This document shows, in pieces, positions 49,626-62,185 of a stretch of DNA of 64,000 nt. Source of the DNA: Octopus sinensis (lineage: Eukaryota); the NCBI RefSeq assembly GCF_006345805.1, contig NC_043002.1:41912001-41976000 (forward strand), in the 5' to 3' direction. The notes below the pieces were generated by a model. It was not told the DNA's origin. It searched no databases and saw only the letters and a program-made list of their open reading frames with translations. Position 1 is the first letter of the stretch; each line of letters starts with the position of its first letter. Position numbers and translations under genes: made by a program.

Positions 49626-50126
49626 TCGGGTTGTCTGGAAAGTTCGTGCTGATTTTTAAAGGAAAGTAAAAAGGTCAATAAATATTTGCCATTACATTTT
49701 TAATCAACCAAATATGAACCATTTTGTTGCACAATGCGTCTCCATCTTTCCAGAATTGAGGTGGTTTCATGGCAAAGAATTCATCAAGGAATTGAAATTT
49801 TTACCATTAAGACTATTCTGCAGAAACCTGAATAAGTGGAAATCTAAAAGAGTAATATCTGGTGAATATGGAGGGTGGAGTAACACATCCCACCTGAGTT
49901 AACCAAAGCATCAAGTGCTGAAAATGAACTTTCTTATCTTCCATTTTAAAGGGTTACAGAATTAACACAGGTTATAGGAACATAAACCTTCTTCCACGAA
50001 AATATAGTTTAAACTGTGCTCTAAATGGAGGTGTAGTCAAATCCTAATTTATGGACTCAACCATGTTCTGAAATAAGTCGAAACTTAAGCTACCATAAAT
50101 CGTCACGAACTTTTCGGACAACTCAA
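49626..50126 (-). mobile_element. Internally deleted mariner element of a different TIR family
   Basis: TA-flanked TIRs tcgggttgtctggaaagttcgtg / cacgaacttttcggacaactcaa; minus-strand WDVLLHPPYSPDITLLDFHLFRFLQNSLNG. Confidence 0.85.
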
Positions 50127-50159
50127 TATATATATGTATATGTATATATATATACACGT

Positions 50160-50605
50160 TTTTGTACGCTTGCCGTCTTTGAGTTGGGAGTAGAAGATCT
50201 GTTTGGGAAGTCGTTCGTCAGTCATTCTAACCACGTGGCCGCTCCATCTTAGAGGCCAGAAGAAACGCTACAAGGACTCCCTGAAATCGAACCTCAAAAA
50301 GTGTGACATTGACTTCACCAACTGGGAGGAAACGGCAAAAAACAGACCACTCTGGAAAACCACCATCCATGAGGGAACGGCGAATTTCGAGTCGAAAAGG
50401 TCTGCAGAGCTGGAGGAGAAAATGACGACGACGGAAGGAGCGCCAACAACAACCACGTGCGACTCTCCCTTCCGGCACTAGATGTCCGCACTGTGACCGA
50501 TCTTTTCGAGCAAGAATTGGTCTTATCAGTCACCTGCGGACTAACCAATAAATTTGCGCGAAGACCATCATCCTCGACCTTGAGGGATTGCCATAGTAGT
50601 AGTAG
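50160..50605 (+). mobile_element. RTE/BovB-like LINE 3' end with 5' inversion and 13-bp TSD
   Basis: Forward [12 protein letters not shown]...[19 protein letters not shown] and (TAG)n tail; 50160-50250 is inverted and encodes [28 protein letters not shown]; TSD TATATATACACGT at 50147-59 and 50606-18. Confidence 0.9.
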
Positions 50606-50758
50606 TATATATACACGTACATATATGTATATATATATATGTATGTATGTTTGTATATATGTATATATATATGCGTGTAGGTATATATATATGTATATCT
50701 ATGTAAGTTATATATATATATGTGTGTGTGTGTGTATGTATATATATATATGTGGGTG

Positions 50759-50820
<62 letters not shown>

Positions 50821-50874
50821 TATATGTATACATATGTATATGTATATATATATGTATATATATATTATATATAT

Positions 50875-50956
<82 letters not shown>

Positions 50957-50980
50957 TGTGTGTGTGTGTGTGTGTGTGTG

Positions 50981-51018
<38 letters not shown>
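50606..51018. repeat. Compound (TA)n/(TG)n microsatellite
   Basis: Direct reading. Confidence 0.95.
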
Positions 51019-51020
<2 letters not shown>

Positions 51021-51424
51021 AAACGATTATATCTCCCGCAGCGCTTGGTTGTTTTTGCCAAAAGTTTAAAAGAATCTCTCCGTTAACCCTACGAGATCGA
51101 CACGTCTTTCTATCTATTTATTAATTTATTTATAATTATTTTCATTTGTATTTTGTATTTTAACACTTTGAAAGAAGATAGATATGAAAAAAGTGTCCAA
51201 TGATATCAAAGAAACATATAAGGAAACATCTTAATGAAGACAGCAAGTATACACATAGACACACAACCGTATTAGAAGTGAAAAACACAACACAAACGAT
51301 TATAAAAATTAAATAAGATTACATTCCGTTATTTCATCGATTGAGAGGCCTAAAGGGTAATTATAAAACGCATACATACTCCACACACATATATACTCAT
51401 GTACATACAAATGTGTGCGCCCGT

Positions 51425-51456
51425 CTATATATATATATATATATGTATATATATAC

Positions 51457-51526
<70 letters not shown>

Positions 51527-51615
51527 GTATCTTTTATATATCAACTCAAACATATATATATATATATACAAAAATATATATATAATACACACATATATAT
51601 ATGTATGTATGTCTA

Positions 51616-51664
<49 letters not shown>

Positions 51665-51699
51665 TATATATATATGTATGTATGTATGTCTATATATGT

Positions 51700-51743
<44 letters not shown>

Positions 51744-51757
51744 GTCTATATATGTAT

Positions 51758-51797
<40 letters not shown>

Positions 51798-51920
51798 TAT
51801 ATATATAGACATACATACATATATATATATATATAGACGCAAACTTGTGTATGTCTCTTTACACACACACACACATATACACACACCACACATACACATA
51901 CAAACACACACGCACACGCA
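51425..51920. repeat. Compound (TA)n/(TATG)/(CA)n microsatellite with internal higher-order repetition
   Basis: Direct reading. Confidence 0.95.
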
Positions 51921-52162
51921 CATGTGTTTACGCGTGTATTTTAATAAGCAAGTTAAAACTGAATATTATAGTTCTATAATATTCTAGCTGACAAATCGAT
52001 TTCTGAAAAAGAGACGAAAAAAAAAAAGAAAGGAAAGAAAGAAACAGAAAAGAGCAAAAACAATTTCCCCACCCAATTTTTTTTCTTTTTTTTTTGCCTT
52101 TAGAAACGATAATTCAAAACATAACATTAAATTGGCATTTATCATCATGAACATCATCATCG

Positions 52163-52196
<34 letters not shown>

Positions 52197-52896
52197 TTTC
52201 TTCCCAATCGTCATCACCATCAACATTATTATCAAAATTACTGTTATTTTATTTATACATCGAGAAGACTTGTGTGCATCGAAGCACTGAAAAATTTCTG
52301 TAAAATAGTATGTTTTTTTTTTTTCCTCTTCACATCACATTGACTGTAAGGATATGATAGAATCGAAATATAAAAATAAAACCTTCATAAAGGAAGAAAG
52401 AAAACTGTAGGTTTGGTTTCTTTGAATATCTTTCCCTGAATGACTGACAACACAGCAGGCAAATTTGCGCTAGAAACCTCTGTTGCTCACATCCTCGGGG
52501 CTGTAATGAACGAAGAAGAAAAAAAAAAAAAAACTGGCTCGCGGACAACAAGAAAATGATGGCACATTGACATCAAGATCTAAACAAAGAGGACTTTGGA
52601 GGAGTGTATGGCTGCAGCACGAGACCGCAGTGTGTGGCGAAGAAATGGGAATTGTACTGATACCTCTGACCCTCAGTCATTAAGATAGGAATATTCATTC
52701 ATTCATTCATTCATATTTTGAATGATTTGTCATCGTCGTCTCGTTGTTGTTATTGTTGTTGTTGTTGTTTAGTCCTTAGACCAGTGTTTCCTAACCATAT
52801 TTTACCTATGGATCCCTTTGATTCGTATTTTACTCGGATGGACCCTCAAAACCATTCAATGCTTAAAACAAAATTCATAATAAATAATTTCATAAT

Positions 52897-53305
52897 AGGC
52901 GCAGAAGTGGCTGTGTGGTAAGTAGCTTGCTTTCCAACCACACGGTTCCGGGTTCAGTCCCACAGCGTGGCACCTTGGGCAGGTGTTTTCTACTATAGCC
53001 TCGGGCCGACCAAAGCCTTGTGAGTGGATTTGGTAGACGGAAACTGAAAGAAGCCCGTCGTATATATGTATATGTATGTGTGTGTGTGTATATGTTTGTA
53101 TGTCTATGTTTGTCTCCCCAACATCGCTTGACAACCGATGCTGGTGTGTCTACGTCCCCGTAACTTAGCGGTTCGGCAAAAGAGACCGATAGAATAAGTA
53201 CTAGGCTTACAAAGAATAAGTCCTGGGGTCGATTTGCTCGACTAAAGGCGGTGCTCCAGCATGGCCACAATCAAATGACTGAAACAAGTAAAAGAGTAAA
53301 AGAGT
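52897..53305 (+). mobile_element. SINE family A, near full length: tRNA-like head, CORE-like box, internal (TG)n, LINE-derived 3' tail
   Basis: A/B-box-like GTGGCTGTGTGG and GGTTCAGTCCC; ACCTTGGGCAGGTG box; tail GGCGGTGCTCCAGCATGGCC then (AAAGAGT)n. Other copies near 7262, 13287, 24495, 27460, 30180, 31570, 34050, 38520, 40560, 53665. Confidence 0.9.
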
Positions 53306-54547
53306 ATAAAAGAATAATAAATGTTATTAGGAATTATATATAAAAAACATTGTTAAAATATTCTGTTAGAGTATAACAAATTTATTGTACATAAATTTTA
53401 GTAACAAAATCTTATGTGGACCCCGGTTGTGAGCCGCTGTCTTACATCAATCTTGATTTGGCAGACCTATGATTAAAACATTCCAGTCATGACTCTCTCG
53501 TCTTATTTTCGTATACCTCATATTCGTCATTGGATAATCGAAGAAAACCTTGACCATGTTTTAACACAGTGAAACTTATTCCTGTATATTCTGTCTTTTA
53601 AAATTTAAAAAAAAAAAAAATTACCATTGAAAACGAACAAAAACGAAAATGATAGCAAAAAGCAAAGATACAGGCTCGCAGGCGGGGCTGTGTGGTCAGA
53701 AGTTTGCTTGCTAACTACATGATTCCGGGTTGAGCCCCACATATGTGTGTTTGTTTGTCACCCACCACCGTTTGACAATCGGTGTTGGTTTGTTTACATC
53801 TCCTTAACTTAGTGGTTCGGCATAAGAGACTGATAGAATAAGTACCAAGCTAAAAAAAAAAAAAATAAAGTACTGGGGTCGATTCGTTCGAGTAAAAATT
53901 CTTCAAGGCGGTGCCCCAGAATGGCCGCAGTCTAATGACTGCAACAAATAAAAGATAAAAGATAAAAGTTTATGTAGATAACAATATTGGCCACAAGCCA
54001 ATGTGATAATGCCTCTAAGTTGAAGCTGAACCTGATCAATTCAGATAATATAGTTCTATATACCCATAAAAATGACAGAATGGTCATGGCTGCAGTGTCT
54101 TTGAATATGTATGCTCCATTAGGACAGATCTGGGGCCAATATTCTTGTTGTAAACAGCAATATTGGTCACAATAGCAGCTATTGGTCACAATTGGTTACA
54201 AAGGCAGCTATACCAGGAATAAAAAAACTATAAGTGTAATTGTTATATGGGCTATTGTTTTGCTAGAAACAATAAATAGATCTCCTTTTAACCACTTCCT
54301 ACAAAATGTAAAAAAAAAAACAACAAAAAAATAGGAAAATGTTAGTGTACATTGGATTATATATTCCTAGGTACATTAGGTCTCAATGAAAGGCGAAACT
54401 TTCACTGCTGTAGCACTTTTTGACATAGGTCTGTTCGATCAGGATTGATCTTAGAGCTGAACGACATCAGCAACAACGACGACGACGACGACAGCAACAA
54501 CATCATCATCATCATCATCATCTGCAGTTGCAGCAGCAGCATCAGTT

Positions 54548-54933
54548 GAGGCGCAATGGCCCAGTGGTTAGGGTAGCGGACTCGCGGTCGAAGGATCGCG
54601 GTTTCGATCCCCAGACCGGGCGTTGTGTGTGTTTATTGCGCGAAAACACCTAAAGCTCCACCAGGCTCCGACAGGGGTGGGGTGGTGGCGACCCCTGTTG
54701 TACTCTTTCGCTCCAATTTTCTCTCACTCTTTCTTCCTGTTTCTTGTCTCCGACTTCCTACGCAACTGCTGAGCCTGGATGCGCATTCATCGATTCGTCG
54801 ATGCTCTCGGTGTCGGGGGTTGACCTGCTTTCTCTTCTGGGAGTTTTACGAATAGCAAAGGACCACGTTTCGGACTTCTCCCACTACAGAGGCGCGATCT
54901 TGCAAGCTCTGGGACGAAGACCTTTTCGCTTAA
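54548..54933 (+). mobile_element. SINE family C with 14-bp flanking direct repeat
   Basis: CAGCAGCAGCATCA at 54531-54544 and 54942-54955. Confidence 0.85.
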
Positions 54934-55587
54934 CAAACAAACAGCAGCAGCATCAACAACAACATCAACTAATACTATTCCCTCCAGTAATCGTCGTAAT
55001 CACTATTGTCGCTGTGCCAGTTATCTAATGGTCAACAAGGGAACCCCTATGAAGTAGCATGGTTTATTAACAACAGCAACAAAATATCAACGAAATTATA
55101 TCTTGCTGTCTTATAAGAAATTAAGGACTCACTGGATAATTTAGATCATGACTGAATTTGTTTAAAAGACGAGATAGTACGCTCCTAATTATTGGTCTGC
55201 TCTATTAGGACTAACATGGGATTAAGCACCAAAGGGTTAACAACAATAGTAATTCTTTCTTCTATAAGCACAAAGCTTGGAGGAGGGAACAAGTCAATTT
55301 ACATCGACCCCAACGCCCAACTATTATGTACTTTATCGACCTCAAAAGGATGAAAAGCAAAGTCAACCTCGGCGGAATTTGAACTCAGATCGTCAGGACA
55401 AACGAAATCCTGCTAAGCATTTTGTCTGATGTGCGAACAATTTTGCCAGTTCACTGCCTTAATAAGAGTATTAAGTATTAATCCTTTCTCATACTATAAG
55501 CAAGAGCCAAAATTTTGTTTTGCTGTAAGCTTCCTTTGTATATTTCGCATATTCATGCAATATCATTAGCAATTCAACATTGAATGT

Positions 55588-55877
55588 TTGTTCCTTCTCG
55601 AGCCATGCCTGGCTCATAAGGGCCGGTTTCCCGGTTTCCTTGGCATATAGGTTCACCACCTGGACGGGACGCCGGTCCATCGCAGGTGAGCAGCAAGATA
55701 CAGGAGGAAACAGTGAAAGAAAGTTGTGGCGAAAGAGTCAGCAGAAGTTCGCCTTTACCTTCTGCCGGAGCCGCGTGGAGCTTAGGTGTTTCGCACACAT
55801 CGCCCGGTCTAAGATTCGAATTCGTGATCCCTCGACCGCGAGTCCGCTGCTCTAACCAGTAGGCCATGTGCCTCCAT
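55588..55877 (-). mobile_element. Family C head joined to a different 3' module, with 12-bp TSD
   Basis: TSD AACATTGAATGT at 55576-55587 and 55878-55889. Confidence 0.85.
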
Positions 55878-56044
55878 AACATTGAATGTAGAGGTAACTT
55901 ATATGTCTGTGTTGAATGTGTTCAGTATATCGTCCGTTCATTCGTCCATCTCCATCCACTATTTCGAGCATGACACTGACTATTTTACATAGACTTATTA
56001 GGAGTAACTTTACAATAAGGAGTGGAACGTACCATTTCCTATTA

Positions 56045-56290
56045 TTCAGACTGCCTCACGGTCCCAGCAGACAAAATAGAAAGGGCGTTGCTCCGGAGGA
56101 TGGTGAGGGCGATGCGCTGAGACTGTCACTTTGACTCACTCCTCTTTGCGGACAGCCATCTCCGCTCCGATAGTGATGAGTAGGAATATGACCCGGGGGC
56201 TAAGAACGCCGGCGGTCTCCACTGCCACAGGATCGACAATAAACCTGTCAGAGAACAAGCGATACCTAGCATTCAAGACCATAGGTGAGT
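56045..56290 (-). mobile_element. CRE-like non-LTR retrotransposon, restriction-like endonuclease C-terminal remnant
   Basis: RYRLFSDRFIVDPVAVETAGVL...ITIG..., then SQRIALTILRSNALSIL after a frameshift; resembles the P.A.ET.G / QR.S.A.QRGNA..IL pattern. Confidence 0.65.
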
Positions 56291-56316
56291 ATAATGTTTT
56301 GTTTTGCTTAAGTTAA

Positions 56317-56535
56317 GTTAAGTTAAGTTAATTTTTTGGCTCAAAAAGCAAAAAGCAAGGCCATGTAGGGGGACATGGAGTTATGTACAGGGTGGTGTTC
56401 ATGCAAAGAGTTCAGGCCATTTCTGGTCCAGAGAGACTTTGAACCGAGCGGTCGTCGGCATCTTCACTATCTCGTCCGGCAGCTTATTCCACGGATCCGC
56501 AACCCGGACGGAGAAAGCCCCTCTCCTTCGATTGC
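56317..56535 (-). mobile_element. CR1-clade LINE 3' end with (CTTAA)n tail
   Basis: NRRRGAFSVRVADPWNKLPDEIVKMPTTARFKVSLDQKW then stop. Confidence 0.8.
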
Positions 56536-57149
56536 TTAACCATAAAACGCCTAAATCAAACAGAGGGAGAAAATATTGGTAAGTTTACCACTAATTTAAA
56601 TATTGGTAAGTTTATTGTTAAGTAGTGTGTAAATGTTGCAACAACCAACAGGTATCATAATTGCTTGCATAAAGTAATGTTATTCAGAGGCACAAGGCGT
56701 CGAAACATCAAAGTTTGTTGCTTCTTCGTAAAATGTGTAGTATTTGAAACGTCGAAAATTATTAACAGGACGTATATAGAAAAATGTTTTAGTAATAATT
56801 GAATGTCAATATGATCAACGGTATTCTAAGATACTTTCCAGAGATCGTATTCACTGGCAACGTTCTTAAAATTTTGTTATCTATAATGACAGAGACTTAT
56901 CAAGAGAGGGTGCTATCATGTTAGCTAATGCATTTGTCCCCTTATCAAGCAATGAATATTTTTAATAGTGCCATGCAAATAAGTTATCAGTCATATCAAC
57001 GACCGTTATAGATTGTCAGGTAACCGAACAAATAAGTCGGTGATCTAAATTTAATGTCGTCTAGTTGTAGTTCAACGAACATTTAATCAGTTATGTTTAT
57101 TTATTTTCTCCAAATAACAACAACAACAACAACAACAAAAACAACAACA

Positions 57150-57377
57150 ACAACAATAATAATCCTTTCTACTATAGGCACAAGGATAAAATTTTGGGGG
57201 AGGAGGATAGTCTATTACATCGACCCCAGTGCGTACCTGGTACTTATTTCATCGACCCGAAAGGATGAAAGGCAAAGCTGACCTCGGCGGAATTTGAACT
57301 CAGAACCTAAAGACGGACGAAATGCCGCTAAACATTTTGCCTGGTGTGGTAACGGTTCCGCCAGCTCGCCGCCTTAG
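57150..57377 (-). mobile_element. SINE family B (tail 2) embedded in trinucleotide repeats
   Basis: Reverse complement begins GGCGGCGAGCTGGCGG; flanked by (AAC)n and (AGT)n. Confidence 0.85.
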
Positions 57378-57386
57378 TAGTAGTAA

Positions 57387-57430
<44 letters not shown>

Positions 57431-57478
57431 ATAATAATAATGACGATGATGATGATGATGATGATGATGATAATAATA

Positions 57479-57509
<31 letters not shown>

Positions 57510-58570
57510 GATGAAGAAGAAGTAGAAGGAGAATGGAATAATAGAGGAAGAGGCTTAATAGCAGTAGAAGAATGTGTACAGATGGAAAGAAAAAGTTTAG
57601 TAGATTATTTACAGAGCAACACAGAAAAACTACCAAATGTAGTTAAGAAAGAACAGGTGATGAAGCACGTAATAAGTGAAAAGGACAAGAATGGAATACA
57701 AAGAGGGCGCATCAGACAGGTCGAAGAGAAACCTCTGCATGGCCAATTTTGAAGAGCCACTCAAAGCATATGTGAAGCAAAATCCTTGGCTTGGTTAAAA
57801 AAGGGTGTATTAAAAACAGAAACAGAGCCTAATGGTAGCAGCCTAAGATCAAGCAATAAAGACAAACAGCTTGAGAGAAAGTATGTATGGAAAAAATGTG
57901 TCGGAAAAATATAGAGCCTGTAGAACTTGGAACGAGATAGTGGCACACATTGTGACAGAATGTCCCAAGTTGGCACAGGAAAAATATAAGAAATGGAAGT
58001 ACGACCAGGTTGTAAAAGTTTTACACTAGAAACTATGCAAGAAAAGGGGACTTGGTGCTGGAAACACATAGTACAGTCATCGAGTCGAAAGAGTAGTAGA
58101 GTCGGAGAAATGTAAGATTTTGTGGGGCTTTCCTCTTCGAACGGACAAGAAGCTAGAAAGTTATAGACAGATATTACAATCATAAGGAAAAGCGAAGTTG
58201 CTTACTTTTCGACCCATCAAGCCCGTTTGATTCCAGGATCGTATTGAAAGAGGAAGAAAAAAGATGCAATCTCTTAAAATTTGAAATAAGAAAAATTTGG
58301 AGCATGCGAACAGTAAAGATCGTGCCTATAATAATTGGTGTGTTGGGAACAGCAAAACAAGATATAGACAAATGGCTGAAGGAGATTGAAACAGAATGCC
58401 TGGTAGAGCTCCTACAGAAAATTTGCCTTTTAGGGACAGCAAGGATTATCAGAAGGGTTCTATGCACTTGAAAGACGGCCGAAAGTGTGTGGATACCTAA
58501 GGTTACAGATAGTAACCCGCTACCTTCATAAATCCTATCAGGAACAACACAACACCTGAGCTTTGTTTCA
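57510..58570 (+). mobile_element. R4/Dong-clade non-LTR 3' fragment (decayed), flanked by (TAA)n
   Basis: KPLHGQF, WLKKGVLKTETE, DQAIKTN, degenerate CCHC finger (EIVAHIVTEC), IVPIIIGVLGT, ELLQKICLLGTARIIRRVL; stops and frameshifts present. Confidence 0.85.
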
Positions 58571-58582
58571 ATAATAATAATA

Positions 58583-58642
<60 letters not shown>

Positions 58643-58662
58643 TAATAGTAATAATAATAATA

Positions 58663-58729
<67 letters not shown>

Positions 58730-58750
58730 TAATAATAATAATAATAATAA
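58570..58750. repeat. (TAA)n array between the Dong-like and Tx1-like 3' ends
   Basis: Direct reading. Confidence 0.95.
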
Positions 58751-59950
58751 TTTATTTATTTATTAGCCAAAAGGGCTTAAAGAAGACAAACAGTACAAAA
58801 AGCACAATACAGGCATGGTGGGGGTTTGCATGGCATGTTAAAAAAGTGATAACAAAAACAAAATTCTCCAGTCGAAGGGATAGCGGCTTAGAGCTAATCA
58901 AGGATAACCCTCAAAACTTCGGTAAAGTTGACCACCAAAAGAAAATGTTCTGGTTCACAGGCGTATGGTTAGAGTTTCTCACCTTTCAAAGAATTTATTG
59001 AGTCGCAGCACACCCTCTTAACCCTTATTTTCCACTCCAAGTCTTTAGTCCATCTAGTTTCGACCATCGCACGACCTCTTTTACCACAATCATCCGACAG
59101 AGGAAAACTGCAAGCCTTTCTCGGTCAAAGGAAGGCAGTGGTATGATCTTCACAGTGGGCTCAGCTGATAGACAAATTCTTTTTCTACTCGCGACTATAG
59201 CAATGCGGCAAAACTCAGTAATGCTCAGATACTGGACGACAACATGAAAAACAGTGTCATCGCTCTGCGCACATTTTGGAAAGGTCTAGTTGATAGCTCT
59301 TCTGTGTCTGTAGAGTTTATCCCGAGCCGGCTGTCTCCCCCGGTACCAGGCCAAGATTTCTGAGAATTAACTATAGTTTATGAGCTGAAGGTTCTCCGGT
59401 GCAATTCAGCCAGCTGACTCTCAATGACTCCGAGAGTTCCTCCAGGAAACGTCATCACTCTTCCCTACTAGTCCTTTATAGAACACAGACGTAGAACTTC
59501 CTGCCTGTAGAGGGCTGCAAGTGCCTGACATTTCAGTTGTCAAGCGCCCAGTTTTGGTCTTTGCTTGACCTAGGATTGCAGTTCTATCAAAGAAATGAGC
59601 CGTGAAACGATGTGCCTGACAAAGGACGACTATATCTACACGCCGTTTGAGGATCGTTCTTGACACTGCAGCTTCACTGCATCCCTGCGCATTTCCAGCC
59701 ACGGCATGCCAAACCCTCCGCACAGATGTTGACAGCAGACGAGGCGCCTAAGCAATGAAACACGTTCCTTCCGCAGGAAGCGAAAGAGCAGACGCTCCAG
59801 ACGTACCAGCAATGTACGACGATCAAGCAGTAATAGATACATACATTCCACTTGTCGGCTAGTGCAAGATCTGAAAGGTAAGGCACTCCACTACAAAAGG
59901 ATATTGTAAAACCAGGTGTTATGTCGCTTAGTGAGGAGGAAAACAAAAAC
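58750..59950 (-). mobile_element. Tx1/L1-like element with large internal deletion (endonuclease N-terminus fused to C-terminal zinc-finger region)
   Basis: GNAQGCS...RRVDIVVLCQAH and RFLEELSESL (APE-like), followed directly by RDKLYRH...FPKCAQSDDTVFHVVVQY and VKEVVRWSKLDGLKT; A-rich tail. Confidence 0.7.
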
Positions 59951-60789
59951 TAACTTTGAATTAGAAATCATTGCTAATTTGCTCTGTAACATTCAGGTAA
60001 GCAGGAAGGGACGTCAATGATGTCATTAAAAGAAAAATGGAACTAAAACTGAGTATAGAAACAAATAAGCTCCTGAACGCATTGTTTACCGATACAACCA
60101 AGATTAGTTTATAGTATAGTATGTGTGTGTGGTGTGTGTGTGTGTGTGTGTGTGTTTCCCGGAGGTAAATGGTAACGTTCGTAGTGTTATAAAGTTTTCC
60201 TTATTGCTGTCTTTGATCAGCTTATGTCATACATGTATAATATGATAAAACGTGATTTAACCGGGTATATATTTTTTAAAACGAAAAGATGGCCAGGTAT
60301 GAGGTGATGGAAATTTGGCTGCTATTTCTAGCAGGCTGAGTTCCCCTCATAAGATTTTTCTTTGTCTTGTTTAGAGTAGAGGGTTGTATGAATGACACAG
60401 TAGGGAGAAGAGTTTATATACTAAGCATTGAGGAAGTAACCAGTGTTTGATACTATACACGATATGGTAGAAGGATTTAGGACCGAGATGAAAATATAAA
60501 AGGATAAGTCAAGGAATTAGTTAAAATACAAAATTTGATGTAGAAATTCTGCTGGAGTAATTGAATAGACTCAAACAGAGAGTGTCTGTGACAGTGGATC
60601 TTTTTGATTTGTAGCTCCATTATATTTTGCCTACGATATTGCTGACTGAAAGTGAGAGTTTCTACTGTTCCATAACATAGCGAATTTCGGTCGCATAAAT
60701 GTTAATATTTATTCAAAATTATTATTTTTTTTTTAAACTGTGAAAAGAAATCTGAATGTATTGAGCACATTTAATTCTTCAGACTTATT

Positions 60790-61215
60790 ACCGACGACAG
60801 TGCACCTTTAGTTTGTAAATGATAATCCCCAAAGTCCATCCCCTCCTCATCGTGGTGGGGACGCTGGCAACGGGTAGTGTCAGAGCTATGCCGTCGGGAA
60901 CTTCGGTTCCTGGTAGGGCCACCCAAGACGGATTGGTCTGACACCGAGTGGTATTAGGACCACAACCCGGCAGACGGAGCTCTGGTGAAAATCCTCGGAG
61001 TGTCTGCTTCGGCAACTGGCGGCTCCTCGGTCGTTCTGTCCCTGCGTCTGCGGACAATCTGCGGCAAACAGGATGTCTCCACATGCGGGATTGTTGGGGA
61101 CCGCTTGTGAAATCGACATATTCCCACGAAACTTCTTCCATGAGTAGAAGAAGCCGATTCAACCCGCCCAGGTTGAATGTCGCCACAAGTAAGTAAGATA
61201 ATCAGAATCGGAGAT
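60790..61215 (-). mobile_element. Probable isolated APE-endonuclease N-terminal fragment of a non-LTR element
   Basis: GC-rich open frame LLVATFNLGGLNRLL...YVDF resembles the EN start motif; no downstream RT seen. Confidence 0.45.
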
Positions 61216-61849
61216 ATGCAACGATTACTTGGAGATAAGCGAAGTTTGTATTGACATTGACAAGCATTTCTTGGTTCTGCAACATTATTGGCGTGCGTGA
61301 GAGAATGCTTTACAAATGGAAAACACTGTCACAAATGATAAACACTAAAGCATGGTCATCTGCTTTCAACCACATTAAAATATTCAATTATAGTTCTAAA
61401 TTATTTTCATAAGCTAGTTAATCTTTCAAACATTGTATAAATGCTTTTGAATCGGTTAAAACACAATTTACTAGCAAAATCCGATGATAGATTTTTCTTG
61501 AATGATAATTATTTCAGTTCAGGTTTATAATAAGTTTTATACTTAATTTTCATATTTTTTACTAACTACTAAGCATTTATAGAATTTTTTTTTTTTTTGG
61601 CAGAGAAAGAATTCTTTCACAAAGGTCAGTATCATTGCAATTTTATAAACTTAAGGAAAATTGAGAAAATAATGCAAGAATTAAGATTAATAACGGTTTC
61701 TTTTTAAAAAATTGACTTTCATTTTCTTCAGGAACTCAATCCTAAATAACAGGAAAAATTTACAATTCTACGCAGAAGTTGCACTATAAAGTTGATCACC
61801 GTATTTTTCGACATACAGCTGACGCAGTATATAGTGTAAACATGTAGTC

Positions 61850-62185
61850 TTTTACTCTTTTACTTGTTTCAGTCATTTGACTGTGGCCATGCTGGGGCAT
61901 CGCCTTTAGTCCAGCAAATCGACCCCAGGACTTATTCTTTGTAAGCCTAGTACTTATTCTATCGGTCTCTTTTGCCGAACCGCTAAGTTACGGGGACGTA
62001 ATGACACCAGCATCGGTTGTCAAACGATGTTGGGTGGACAAACACAGACACACAAACATATACACACACATACATATATATACATACATACGACGGACTT
62101 CTTTCAGTTTCCGTCTACCAAATCCACTCACAAGGCTTTGGTCGGCCCGAGGCTATAGTAGAAGATACTTGCCCAAGGTGCCACG
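61850..62185 (-). mobile_element. SINE family A lacking its 5' head
   Basis: Reverse complement aligns to the core and tail of 52897-53305; CpGs largely retained. Confidence 0.88.

Noticed and set aside
48207-52235. Dense stack of overlapping ORFs, including a 209-aa one
   Set aside because: Mostly dinucleotide and tetranucleotide repeat translations plus retroelement fragments already listed.
54661-54830. HDV-like ribozyme fold in SINE C (AGGCTC/GAGCCT then GG; TCCTACGC loop)
   Set aside because: No P3 helix can be formed around the putative L3.
56050-56284. Plus-strand exon (AG at 56048-49, GTGAGT at 56285)
   Set aside because: All frames from the acceptor hit stops; the minus strand explains the sequence as a CRE-like fragment.
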